Source: Octopus bimaculoides (Eukaryota). From it: a stretch of 64,000 nt of DNA. Numbering within the stretch: position 1 is the first letter of the stretch; every line of letters starts with the position of its first letter. Made by a program: the position numbers and the translations under genes. The notes below the pieces were generated by a model, which was not told the DNA's origin, did no database searches, and was given only the letters and a program-made list of their open reading frames with translations. This document shows positions 13,851 through 24,960 of the stretch, piece after piece. The stretch is from contig NC_068983.1 in NCBI RefSeq assembly GCF_001194135.2, positions 72,284,605 through 72,348,604 of the forward strand. Reading direction: 5' to 3'.

Positions 13851-15180
13851 GAATGTCCATTCTATACCCTCATATCTCATCACTAGCTATTTTGTCAACC
13901 ACTGTACCTACTCTTTATCTTCTTATCTCTTCGCATCACCATGGCAACCATAACTGAGAGGAAAGTACTCAATTTGGATATAGTGAATATCTTCTTTCCC
14001 TACATCTCCATCATTTATATACTGCTGTCACTTTTTCTTCCTCTCCTCTTAAATTTAAGGCTTGAGTGAGGAATTACACTTTAGCAACCTTTATCCACCC
14101 TTTTATCACTTTTGAACAGGTTACCTTGAGGATATACCTTGACTCCACCTCATCCTTTTATCTCACCTCTGCACCACTCTACCCACCTATATATAATGTG
14201 AAGTAGCACTGCATCTCCTTCTCCTAAATCCTCTCATCCTACTTCCTAACTACTCTTATCAGTCTGAATCCCTGACACTATCTTTTTCTGACCCTCCCAT
14301 TATTCCATATTCATCTTATCTTGCTTCCATGCACCACTTAACCCTCCCATGAGGGTTAAGTGCTACATCTCCTCTCACTCAACCTTCCCCTATTGCTGCC
14401 CCTCTCTCTCTCTTTCACAGCTCTTGATGCTACTTTTCCTTTTCCCTCCTATTTCTCCCTTCCCTAACACTGCTACCACTCCCTCTCATCAATAAACCTG
14501 TGTAACTCCAATATGAACAGTCTTGGACCCTAAAAAAGCCATCCAACCTATGCTAACATAGTAAAAAACAAACCCACCCCATCACCAGGTCCATCTACTC
14601 AATCCATTACCATTAGCACTTTGTCCCCTTCCCCTATTCTTCACACTAATCCCTGACGTTACTTTCTCCCTTCACACCTCCTGTGTCTCTCCATTACTAC
14701 CATCCCAACAGTTCCCTCAATTATTCTCTTCATACCACCTTTTCACAATCAATTTCTTCCTTCCATCATACTCTCTATCACTCTGCAAGCTGATTCCTAC
14801 AGTGCTTGTTCCACAAAAAGCACCTGATACATTCTGTGATTGGTAATCAATTAGAGCAGCAAGCTCTTTAGTCTACTTGTTGATGGCAAGGTAACTTGTA
14901 TAGTGTGATGCTATGAAAAAATGCACCCAATTCACCCAGTGGAGTGGTTCGTCTTGGGAAGGGCATCCAGCCACAGAAACTACAGCAAAAATGAAATATT
15001 GGAGCAAGACATTGTCCTCCAACCCTTTGAATGTTGCTGAATCATCTTATCCATGCCAGTATGGAAAGTAGACAAGATGATGAAGATGAGAACCACACAC
15101 ACATACACATGCGCACACACACAATACACACACACACATGCACACGCGCACACACACACAATACACACACACACATGCAC

Positions 15181-15211
<31 letters not shown>

Positions 15212-16034
15212 ACAGGCTTCTGTGCACTTTCTGTCAACCAAATTTCATTCACAAGATATTGGTCAATCTGAAGCAAGAGTAACTGACAATTTCTGAGGTT
15301 CCTCACACTGAGAAAAAATATCCCCAAACTACATGGTGGCAAATTAAACTTAACCCAAGAACTATAGTGAAAGAAACCACATTCTATTATGAGAAACAAT
15401 TGCTTACACATTATGTAATCAATGAATTAATCCTCAATAGTAGAAGTAAGGAAACAAAAATATACACAGGTTAATACATGAAATAAAATCAGTACATGAA
15501 ATATTTCAGTAATAATTAATATACCACAAAATGAAAACAAAGAAATTTTTTAAATATCGAAAATGTGATATATACTATAGATGTAGTTCTATTTATGTGA
15601 TGATTGTTAATACCAAGGTAACTTAGAACTATACTTCAATGCTATTCAGCCATTTAATTACAGAACTGTTAAGTGGTGCACAATTTGTGTACTTCATTAG
15701 TACAAACAATAGTCAATTAACCCCAGAGCCAAGGACTTATAATAATATATATATCAATATCAATATAACTTAAATGCACATAATCACAGAAAATCTACAG
15801 AAAAATAATTTAATGCAATTACACACACACACACACACACACTCATCTATATATATATTTGCATCAACCTTCTCATGTTTCTTCTTGCTTTTTTCTCTTG
15901 CTTTCTCATCGACCAGCATCCTAGTTTTCAGATAAGACTAACAGTATTGCTTAGAGACAAATGGCATGTTATATAACTCTACCAAATTATTATATCTCTA
16001 CAACATGAAACAATAAGTAGCTCTTTTTAAATTC

Positions 16035-16076
<42 letters not shown>

Positions 16077-16079
<3 letters not shown>

Positions 16080-16241
16080 CATCATCATCATCATCATCAT
16101 CGTTTAACGTCCGCTTTCCATGCTAGCATGGGTTGGACGATTTGACTGAGGACTGGTGAAACCGGATGGCAACACCAGGCTCCAGTCTAATTTGGCAGAG
16201 TTTCTACAGCTGGATGCCCTTCCTAACGCCAACCACTCAGA
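16077..16241 (-). mobile_element. Short 5'-truncated RTE 3' end inserted at the tail of an older copy
   Basis: catcgtttaacgtccgctttccatgct occurs at about 16097 and again at about 16242; the first copy stops at gccaaccactcaga. Confidence 0.8.
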
Positions 16242-17840
16242 CATCGTTTAACGTCCGCTTTCCATGCTGGCATGGGTTGGACGGTTTGACTGAGGACTGG
16301 TGAGCCAGAGGCTGCACCAGGCTCAATTTGATCTGGCAAAGTTTCTACATCTGGATGCTCTTCCTAATGCCAACCACTCCAAAAGTGTAGTGGGTACTTT
16401 TACATGCCACCGGCACAAGGGCCAGTTAGGCAATTGTGGCAACGACCATGTTCAAAGGTGTTTTTACATGCTACCTGCACAGGAGCCAGTCCAGCAGCAC
16501 TGGTAATGACCACGCTCGAATGTTGTTTTTCACGTGACAGTAAGGCAATGCTGGCAACAATCATGCTCGAATGGTGCTTTTCACATGTCACCAGCACGGA
16601 GACAATCCGTGGACCTAGCAACGATCATGCTTCAATGTGCTTTTAACGTTCCACTGTCAGTGATTTTGATTTTGATTTCGCTTGCTTCAATAGGTCTTCG
16701 CAAGCAAAGTTTATTGTCCAATGAATGAGGGGTATTCATAAGTGGGCTGGTTACACCCACTGGCATAGGCCATGGGCTATGGTCTCACTTGGCTTGTCAG
16801 GTCTTCTCAAGCACAGCATATCTCCAAAGGTCCCGGTCACTAGTCATTGCATTGGTAAGGCCCAATGTTTGAAGGTCGTGTTTCACCACCTCATCCCAGG
16901 TTTTCCTGGGTCTACCTCTTCCACAGGTTCCCTCATCTGCTAGGGTATGATACTTTTTCACACAGCTGTCCTCGTTCATTTCCAAAACATGGCCATACCA
17001 GTGCAGTCATCTCTCTTGCACACCACATCTGATGCTTCTTAAATCCAACTTTTCTCTCAGGGTGCTTACATTCTGTCATGTATGCACACTGACATTACAC
17101 ATCCAGTGGAGAAAACTGGCCTCATTTCTTGCAAGCTTACGCATGTCCTCAGCAGTCACGGCCCATATTTCACTGCCATATAGCATGGTTGTTTGTACAC
17201 ATACGTCATACAGTCTACCTTTTACTCTGAGTGAGAGGCTCTTTGTCACCAGCAGAAGTAGGAGCTCTCTGAACTTTGCTCAAGTTATTCTTATTCTAGC
17301 AGCTATGCTTTCAGAGCATCCATCCCTGCTACTGACTTGGTCACCTAGGTAACGGAAGCTATCAACTACTTCTAGTTTTTCTCCCTGGAATGTGGCATAA
17401 GTTGTTCTCTGCACATTTTCAGTGTTTATAACACCTGAGCATTTGCCACATACAAAAACTATCTTCCCAGTTAGTCTCCCTTTGATATTGCTGCACCTCT
17501 TATATGTCCATAGCTTACACTGGGTACATCTTATGGAGTTTCTACCTACGCCTATTCTACCGATCGAGCAGGGCTATCTACCCGAAGGGATATGTGGTTT
17601 GTCTGCCTTCCTACTTATTAAGACTTTGGTTTTAGCTAGATTGACTCTAAGACCCTTCAATTCTAATCTTTGCTTCCACACCTGAATCTTTTCCTCTTGT
17701 TCTGATAGTGACTCAGCAATTAGAGCAACATCATCAGCATAGAGGAGCTCCCAGGGGCATCCTATCTTGAATTCCTCTGTTATTACCTGGAGGACTATGT
17801 TGAATAAAAGGGGACTGAGAGCTGATACTTAGTGGATCCT
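16242..17840 (-). mobile_element. 5'-truncated RTE LINE (RT with YADD, long 3' UTR, (GAT)n tail)
   Basis: Minus strand reads ALSPLLFNIVLQVITEEFKIGCPWELLYADDVALIAES (YADD 17730-17741), GLRVNLAKTK, VVDSFRYLGD, then GRGRPRKTWDEVVKHDLQTLGL…RDLWRYAVLEKT*. Confidence 0.92.
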
Positions 17841-18044
17841 GTATAGAATTTTGTCAGTGAAGAGGTCGCGGTCTCAAAGCGATGAAAATATTTTGACAAA
17901 TTAAATTTAAATGTTGAAGTGAATCTAACGGATTTTGTGTGTTATTTTAAATGGCTTATAAACACCTTCGACGCTGCAATTGTTTTCGTTCCAGCACACG
18001 ATCTCAGATCAGGTCACTTGCTATGCAAGTACATCTCCGTAATA

Positions 18045-18693
18045 NNNNNNNNNNNNNNNNNNNNNNNNNNNNNNNNNNNNNNNNNNNNNNNNNNNNNNNN
18101 NNNNNNNNNNNNNNNNNNNNNNNNNNNNNNNNNNNNNNNNNNNNNNNNNNNNNNNNNNNNNNNNNNNNNNNNNNNNNNNNNNNNNNNNNNNNNNNNNNNN
18201 NNNNNNNNNNNNNNNNNNNNNNNNNNNNNNNNNNNNNNNNNNNNNNNNNNNNNNNNNNNNNNNNNNNNNNNNNNNNNNNNNNNNNNNNNNNNNNNNNNNN
18301 NNNNNNNNNNNNNNNNNNNNNNNNNNNNNNNNNNNNNNNNNNNNNNNNNNNNNNNNNNNNNNNNNNNNNNNNNNNNNNNNNNNNNNNNNNNNNNNNNNNN
18401 NNNNNNNNNNNNNNNNNNNNNNNNNNNNNNNNNNNNNNNNNNNNNNNNNNNNNNNNNNNNNNNNNNNNNNNNNNNNNNNNNNNNNNNNNNNNNNNNNNNN
18501 NNNNNNNNNNNNNNNNNNNNNNNNNNNNNNNNNNNNNNNNNNNNNNNNNNNNNNNNNNNNNNNNNNNNNNNNNNNNNNNNNNNNNNNNNNNNNNNNNNNN
18601 NNNNNNNNNNNNNNNNNNNNNNNNNNNNNNNNNNNNNNNNNNNNNNNNNNNNNNNNNNNNNNNNNNNNNNNNNNNNNNNNNNNNNNNNNNNNN
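18045..18693. other. Assembly gap, 649 N; other gaps at 3135-3144, 29277-29286, 61384-61553
   Basis: Runs of N in the sequence. Confidence 1.
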
Positions 18694-18861
18694 TATATAC
18701 TTATTTATTTAGAAGCTTGTTTGTTATGGTTGGTCAGAGAGTGATCATTGGTTTTGCACCTATATATATATATACGTATATATGTGTGTGAGTCAATTTG
18801 TCATACTTGATAAGGCACATCAAGCTAAGTAAAATCACTGACTTTCACACATACAGGCTTG

Positions 18862-19138
18862 TCTTTTCAGGTGCCGGTGCCACTTAAAAAGCACCCATGC
18901 CGGTGCTGCATTAATGCACTTGTGCCAGTGCTACATAAACACATCCATGCTGGTGGCACATAAAAAGCACCTAGCACACACTGTTAAGTGGTTGGCATTA
19001 GGAAGGGCATCTAGCTGTAGAAACCATACTGCAACAGACGACAGTTGGAGTCTGGACAACTCCCTGCTAGCCAGCTCCATCTCAAGCCATCCAAACCATG
19101 CCAGTATGGAAAGCAGATGATAATGATGGTGATGATGT
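18862..19138 (+). mobile_element. Older RTE 3'-UTR-type repeat
   Basis: ggtggcacataaaaagcacc…gtggttggcattaggaagggcatctagctgtagaaacc…ccatgccagtatggaaagcagatgataatgatg. Confidence 0.75.
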
Positions 19139-20307
19139 GTCTACCTAGCGTTCATAATAATTTTTCTATCATCTTGGCTCAACAGCCCTCACTGTTTGTT
19201 TTTACTGTCTTGTTCTCACTGTCCTGTTCTTCTTAACACTTTCACACTCTGCAAAAAATCCCAAATTTTATTTAATTTGCTTTGCGGAAAGGACTGTTTC
19301 AACGAAGTCGCGTATTGTCCTTGCCTTTGAAATGCAGAGTAGATGAAACAGGGACAACTGACGAAGGGGTATACTCTTTATGTTGTATGTCTTGTTTCTC
19401 TGGGGTTTTTTTTGTTGTTCGAAAAAAGTTCGTTTTCTATGTTTTTGTTTTTATGTTTTCGTTTCTTATTGTGTTTAACGTTTTTTTGATGTCCTGTACC
19501 CATATATGCATGTATGTATACATATAGATGTAGGTATGTACATATATGTATGGATATATGCATATATTTATATACTATTTATATTATATCATATTATATA
19601 TATATATATATGCATGTATGTGTCTATATCTATAAAATTAATCAAGCCTGAATATTAGTTATAGCTACAATGCAGCAGCAACAGACCAATTCCCTTGCAA
19701 ATCAAATAATCCCCTCCAAACAATATATATCTGGGCTGTTGAGATATTGCCTCCTAGCTACCAATTGAAAACAGCCTCTTGAAATTAGATTTCTTGGGGA
19801 GATTGAAAATAGTTCCTAACAGAGAGGAATGTCTTTTCAATGTGAGAATCCAGATAGACTTTTATTTGATGTACAAAATTATATATCTAATACAAATCCG
19901 CTTCAAAGTGTTAGATAAATAAAAAGCTGAAAGTTTTTGTAGACTCTAATTTCACATCAATACTTTCCTATTAATATTGACCAGCTTGAGTTTGATTTAA
20001 CATTTAAAGTTATTTGTATCCAACAATCTATCTTTCTATCTATAGTTAATGAAGGAGGATTTACATGGTCTCTCAATATGCTAAAAATAGCAGCCAAGTG
20101 TTTCTTGAATCATACCTCACTATCTTTAAAATAAGGACATATTCCAAATGGCAACTCTTATTTCAATTCATAATGAGATAAACCAACAAGGAAGGTTTTA
20201 TGTGGTTGTCCAACCTGTTATAAATAGCAGCCAGAACTCAACTGTGTTCCTTCTCCTTCAGGAACTGATTAATTCGGTGCTCTACCAAGTCTGCTAACCA
20301 CTTCCAA

Positions 20308-20700
20308 TACAATTATTATTATCATTGAGTGAAAGAGCAATACATGCTATCAAAGTGACATTGAAATACAAATATACAAAGTTCAATATACCCATCATGA
20401 CTACTCGTGTGATAATGGTACACCAGCCACATGCATCACAACCATATGCACATGACATGATAATCTCATATCAAGATAAACTGCACATAACCTTGCAGGT
20501 GGGGGCCCAGTTAGAATTTTCTCCATCCTGCTCAAAAGGTCTCTAAATAAGGTTGGTTTAAGGATGCTGAATGAAACACCTCTGTTTCCAGTGCTGAATT
20601 ATTCAAACCCCAAAGAATTTTTCTGAACACATAGTTATGATGCTCCCCCACTACTCCTGCTCATGATCAGAGATATACATGTTGTCAGCTACTAAGGGGC
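20308..20700 (-). repeat. Interspersed repeat with (TAA)n-type tail; second copy of its tail at about 52120-52260
   Basis: tgagtga(a/g)agagca…catgc…caaagt(g/t)acatt…atcatgactac is shared between about 20325-20405 and 52178-52260, each preceded by (att)n. Confidence 0.7.
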
Positions 20701-20739
20701 ATACTTCACTGGTGAAGGTCAAGTATCTAATAAGAAAAT

Positions 20740-21900
20740 CTGTGGTATTGAGCAGAATAAAAACAGCTGCCATGTATTGGTAGTCACCTCTAAAAAAGCT
20801 TTTGATTGATCTAAATTGATCAGGATACCATGTCAAGTTCTTCACACACCCTCTTTATGATGTATTGCATGAGGTAGAAGCTGTTGGGAATAGATTTGTT
20901 CGGGATAGCACAAGTTGGTGTAACACTAAGTAGGCCACCATAGATGACAAGTGCCAATCAGAAATAAAAATTATATGAGATTTGAATTTTAAAAAATATG
21001 CCAACACAACATTGAAAGAAGGTAAATTTATCAAGAATACTAATATCATTCTAGATAAAGTAGTAGAAATAAGATAATACAAAAAAAACACAAATTTACA
21101 AATACTTAGGAAATCAATGAACTAAATGGTATACAACACATAATTAACAGAAAAGGTTAAGAATAGAATATATTAGATGCATTGGATTAATACTTAAGAA
21201 CAGAGCTAACCAGAACAAGAAATAAAGTAATAGGCGATAATACATTAGCTGTTCCAGTAATAAGTTTTGGTCTTAATACCCTTGGATGTTAAACAAAAAT
21301 AGCAAGACTAGATAGAAAAAATAAGAATGACTGTGGCAGGAATACACTAGCTACAATATGACACAGAAATATATTCACCATGGTTGTAGAGGTTTTATGC
21401 AACCAAAAAAAAAAAACAGTGCTATAAAATATCATTGAAAGACTACAAAAATATTTAGCAAAGATTAATGGAAAACTAACAAAATAGTTATGCAATACAA
21501 GCAAAATATATAATTATCATCAAGAAAGCCACCAAATACAAAACAAAGGCTGAAATGACAATCAATTGGGAACAGAAAGAAAGAAAAAACAACAGATATC
21601 ATGAAAAAGCTAAAACCTCAGCTAAAATGCTAAAACAAAATCCCTGCATGATTAATACTTGAAAATAACTGGACAGGATGAAAATAAACAATGAAAATTT
21701 GGAACGCATGGCTCAAAGCATTCCCACAAGAAGCTTTTGAAAGAATGTAGTGAACCAGAATTCATTAAGTAATTGCAGAATATATGGAAGTTAGGAAGAA
21801 TCAACCAAATTAGATACCTAATCTTAGCTAAGAAAGAATACATCTGCAGGTTGAGGATTTCATACACTGGCAACTGTGTCAGCATTATAAAATCATCATA
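20740..21900 (+). mobile_element. Heavily decayed Dong/R4-type (RLE) non-LTR retrotransposon, RT region
   Basis: Remnants KKAFD (about 20790), MRFE…KYANTTLKEGKFIKNTNIILDK, YKYLG, ELT…NKVIGDNTLAVPVISF, IARLDRK, resembling R4-clade RT domain 7 and thumb. Confidence 0.6.
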
Positions 21901-22074
21901 ATCCAGTATGCCACACCATTAAGAGCCATTTGAATTCTGCATTTTTGCAACATTTGGGGTGAAAAATCTGTAAAGTACCACTTGTAGTGAAACTACCTAT
22001 CGCCATTAGATACAAAACTACTATCGCCATTCTTCTCATTTAAATATAAACAAGCGCGAGCATAGCGGAGAACC

Positions 22075-22260
22075 CATCTCCTTGTCATCACGTGACTGAT
22101 TATTATTCGAAGCGGCAAATTCTTCGAACCGTTCCCGCCAGAACGCAAACTGACCAATCACGGCCCCTAATAAGGTCACGTGATAGAGTATTTTTCTGAA
22201 GCCTTCAGGAGCCGATAATTCGCTATAAATAGATCAACTCATACCCAGCAAATTTGTCTC
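22075..22260 (+). promoter_or_regulatory. Candidate RNA polymerase II promoter: two E-boxes, CCAAT box, TATA box
   Basis: ATCACGTGAC 22087-22096, GACCAATCAC (CCAAT 22154-22158), GTCACGTGAT 22175-22184, TATAAATA 22224-22231, within the only long CpG-rich non-TE island in the window. Confidence 0.65.
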
Positions 22261-23799
22261 GGTTCAGTTTCTCTTTGAGATCTGTTCTGTGTACCACACG
22301 ACAGCAGCAGCAGCAGCAGCCAGCGACCACTTCAACAGCTTCGTCCAGCCAACGATTACCACCGCCGTCGCCACATCAGCAACACGAGTCTACGACTACT
22401 AACCAGCATCAACGTCATGACCAACACAATTACTACTAACCAGCATCAATCCACGAGCGTCAACACGACTTTCTATGTACACCAAACTAAACCACCGCGG
22501 CACATCTCTCTCTTCGATTCTGTTAGGTGACTCAGCTTCACCACGATAAATAAACAGACAAGAGATTTCAGCCAGTGACGAACGACGAACATCTGTATAA
22601 CAAGAATCACGGCCCGGCATGGAAGCCACCACATCACAACTAGTGATCAGCCCTGCCACACACAGCCTCAACTACTTTCACGTACAGACTTTTACTATCG
22701 TGTACACAAGAACTGGTATAAATGCTCACGTGTTACTGACTCTTTCTATCTGCTGTAATATCTCACATACACATACATGTATCACTCACATACACACTTT
22801 TCTTTGTACGACGGCCTGTCTTTGATTATGTTCTTATATGTCGCATTCACACTCTCACACAGACATACACTTTAATGCCACAATAAATATTTCTGTTATT
22901 CATCTCATACGGTTGTGATCTTTCATTACTGGTCATCTATGTTATCGTAGTATAACATATCATGTATATCATCACAGATATATTATTTTTGTGTTCGAGC
23001 ATGTGACGCGTTTAAATAAAAGGAGTCCTCTGTTTTTCCATTCGTCACCATTTCTCCTTTTTGAGTTCGCACGGTCGTTCTTACACACTCTGCATCAAGA
23101 CACAACTTTCGCTCAGTGAAATGGAGGAGTGTTGCACAATGCGGTGCCTTGCTCAAGGACCTAACATGCCAGTTAGTCCAAGAATTTAATCCACAACCTC
23201 TTGTCAGTTCACCAGTTAATAAAATACTAACAGAAAAGAAGTGGAATAAACATACAGCAGATGTCTCAGAGAATGACAATGCAACCATAATCTGCACTTC
23301 CTTAATCAGCACAAACAGTGGGACCAAAGCTAATCAGATAAATAACATCAAGAAGAATCGCCAGGAAAAGAAGTGCCTCTTATTCAAAGTATTGATTCTA
23401 TGAGATGATAAGCTGTCTCTCAAAGAGATGAAGAAATTATCCAAATAACTAGAAACTAAGATATAATGAATGACAAGACTGAAAGTAAAAACAATCCCAT
23501 GAGAATTATCAAAAAAATTTTAAAAAGCACGCACACACAGACATGTATGCCATCACAATCTCATGGCTTACAAATATGTACAACACACAGAATCTATCGC
23601 TGTTAGGTACTACACACAAACTACAAGGGGTACTCTCAGTACAACAGAAAGTATGAAACCAAAACAAAACACTACACATATCCAAGCTATACAAAGTTGC
23701 ATTCAGTAAAGTAACGAAATAAAGAGGAGGAGGAGGAGGAGGAGGAGGAGAAGACAACGACGACAACCATCACCACTACCACCAAGACTGCATTATCAT

Positions 23800-24030
23800 A
23801 GATGTGACTATATCTATGGATATGAATGTAGTAGTCAAAGAACAGGAGAAAACAGGAAAATACCAGGGTCTGGCTAGGGAAGTGTGAAGATTGTAGAGGG
23901 TTTCTACAAAAGTAATCCCAGTTGTTATAGGTGCCCTAGGTACTGTCTGTCACCAACAGATATGACAATTTTCTTACTGAGAGTAGTGTAACTACAAGAG
24001 TTGCATAAATTCAGAAGTCTGCTCTATTAA
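23800..24030 (+). mobile_element. Dong/R4 RLE endonuclease C-terminal fragment
   Basis: IIDVTISMDMNVVVKEQEKTGKYQGLAREV*RL*RVSTKVIPVVIGALGTV. Confidence 0.75.
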
Positions 24031-24104
24031 AAGTAGCAATGTACATAATTCCTCAAATCAAAATGAATTGAACAATTTGAATTAGAAAAACCAGGAAACC
24101 ACTG

Positions 24105-24960
24105 ATGGCATACAGAAACCAACATTCCAGAGCAGATGTAGGCAAAATATACCTATCCCACACACAAGGACAAAATATACCAACCCCGCACACATTTCTG
24201 ACACAAATAGAAAACTTCTATAAAATAACAATTGGACTAGACAAGCACTTAGAAATAAATAATGTAAGACTCATAAATGCAATAAAGAAATGCGTAAAAT
24301 ACAAAAATCTCTTCTCTATGCACAAAAAAAAGTAATAAAATATAAAGCAGAAACTGACTACGCTAAAACAATAAATTTTGATAATGCAACAGAAATGGTT
24401 AAAAAAATAATAAATGATAAAATAAAATAAAATTAAATTAAATTAAAAGAAATACTCAAGAAGAAATGGAGAGCACAAAAACTCCAAATCCAGTATCCTA
24501 CAAGACTCAAAGGAGAAGTAAGCAAAAGTGAAAGTTGACAGTGGCTTAAAAGCTCCCGCTTAAAAGCAAAAGTAGAGGAACTGATACTTGCTGCACAAGA
24601 CCAATGTCTGATCAAGAACAACTGTGAAAATAAAACCATGAAAATGAACCCTAACACCAAATGCAAAATGTGCAACTAGCACAGTGTGACACTTGACCAT
24701 ATCATCTCCAGTTTCCCAGTCCTTGCTAAATCTGAATATATACACAGGCAGCTACATCCACTGGTCAATATGCAATACTTGGATGTGAAAACAAGAAGTG
24801 GTACAAGCATGTACCAAACACAGTACATGACAACAACCTGGCCACAATAATCTGAGATATGCCTTTCCAACCTGACAAAGAAATCACACACTAAGCCATC
24901 CTTATATAATAATAAAAGACAAGAAAGTAAACAGATGCACATCGACACTATCCAAACATT
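24105..24960 (+). mobile_element. Dong/R4 fragment: thumb, CCHC knuckle and start of RLE
   Basis: HSRADVGKIYL; WLKSSRLKAKVEELILAAQDQ; KCKMCN*HSVTLDHIISSFPVLAKSEYIHR (decayed C-X2-C-X7-H-X4-C). Confidence 0.75.

Noticed and set aside
13900-14800. Long pyrimidine-rich tract (similar one at 8080-8330 with a 110-aa ORF)
   Set aside because: Minus strand shows faint RTE endonuclease-like remnants (GGV…WVDKV); best explained as decayed LINE rather than a gene or triplex element.
17919-18791. 290-aa and 253-aa ORFs
   Set aside because: Open only because they run through 649 N.
19320-19420. Possible hammerhead ribozyme (CTGACGA plus a stem, with a gaaacagggac/gtcttgtttc outer stem)
   Set aside because: No GAAA after stem II and no stem III or NUH site; at most a decayed retroelement tail.
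20645-20660. gtagtggggga match to the U1 snRNA 3' region (minus strand)
   Set aside because: Only 11 nt; no 5' ATACTTACCTG or Sm site context.
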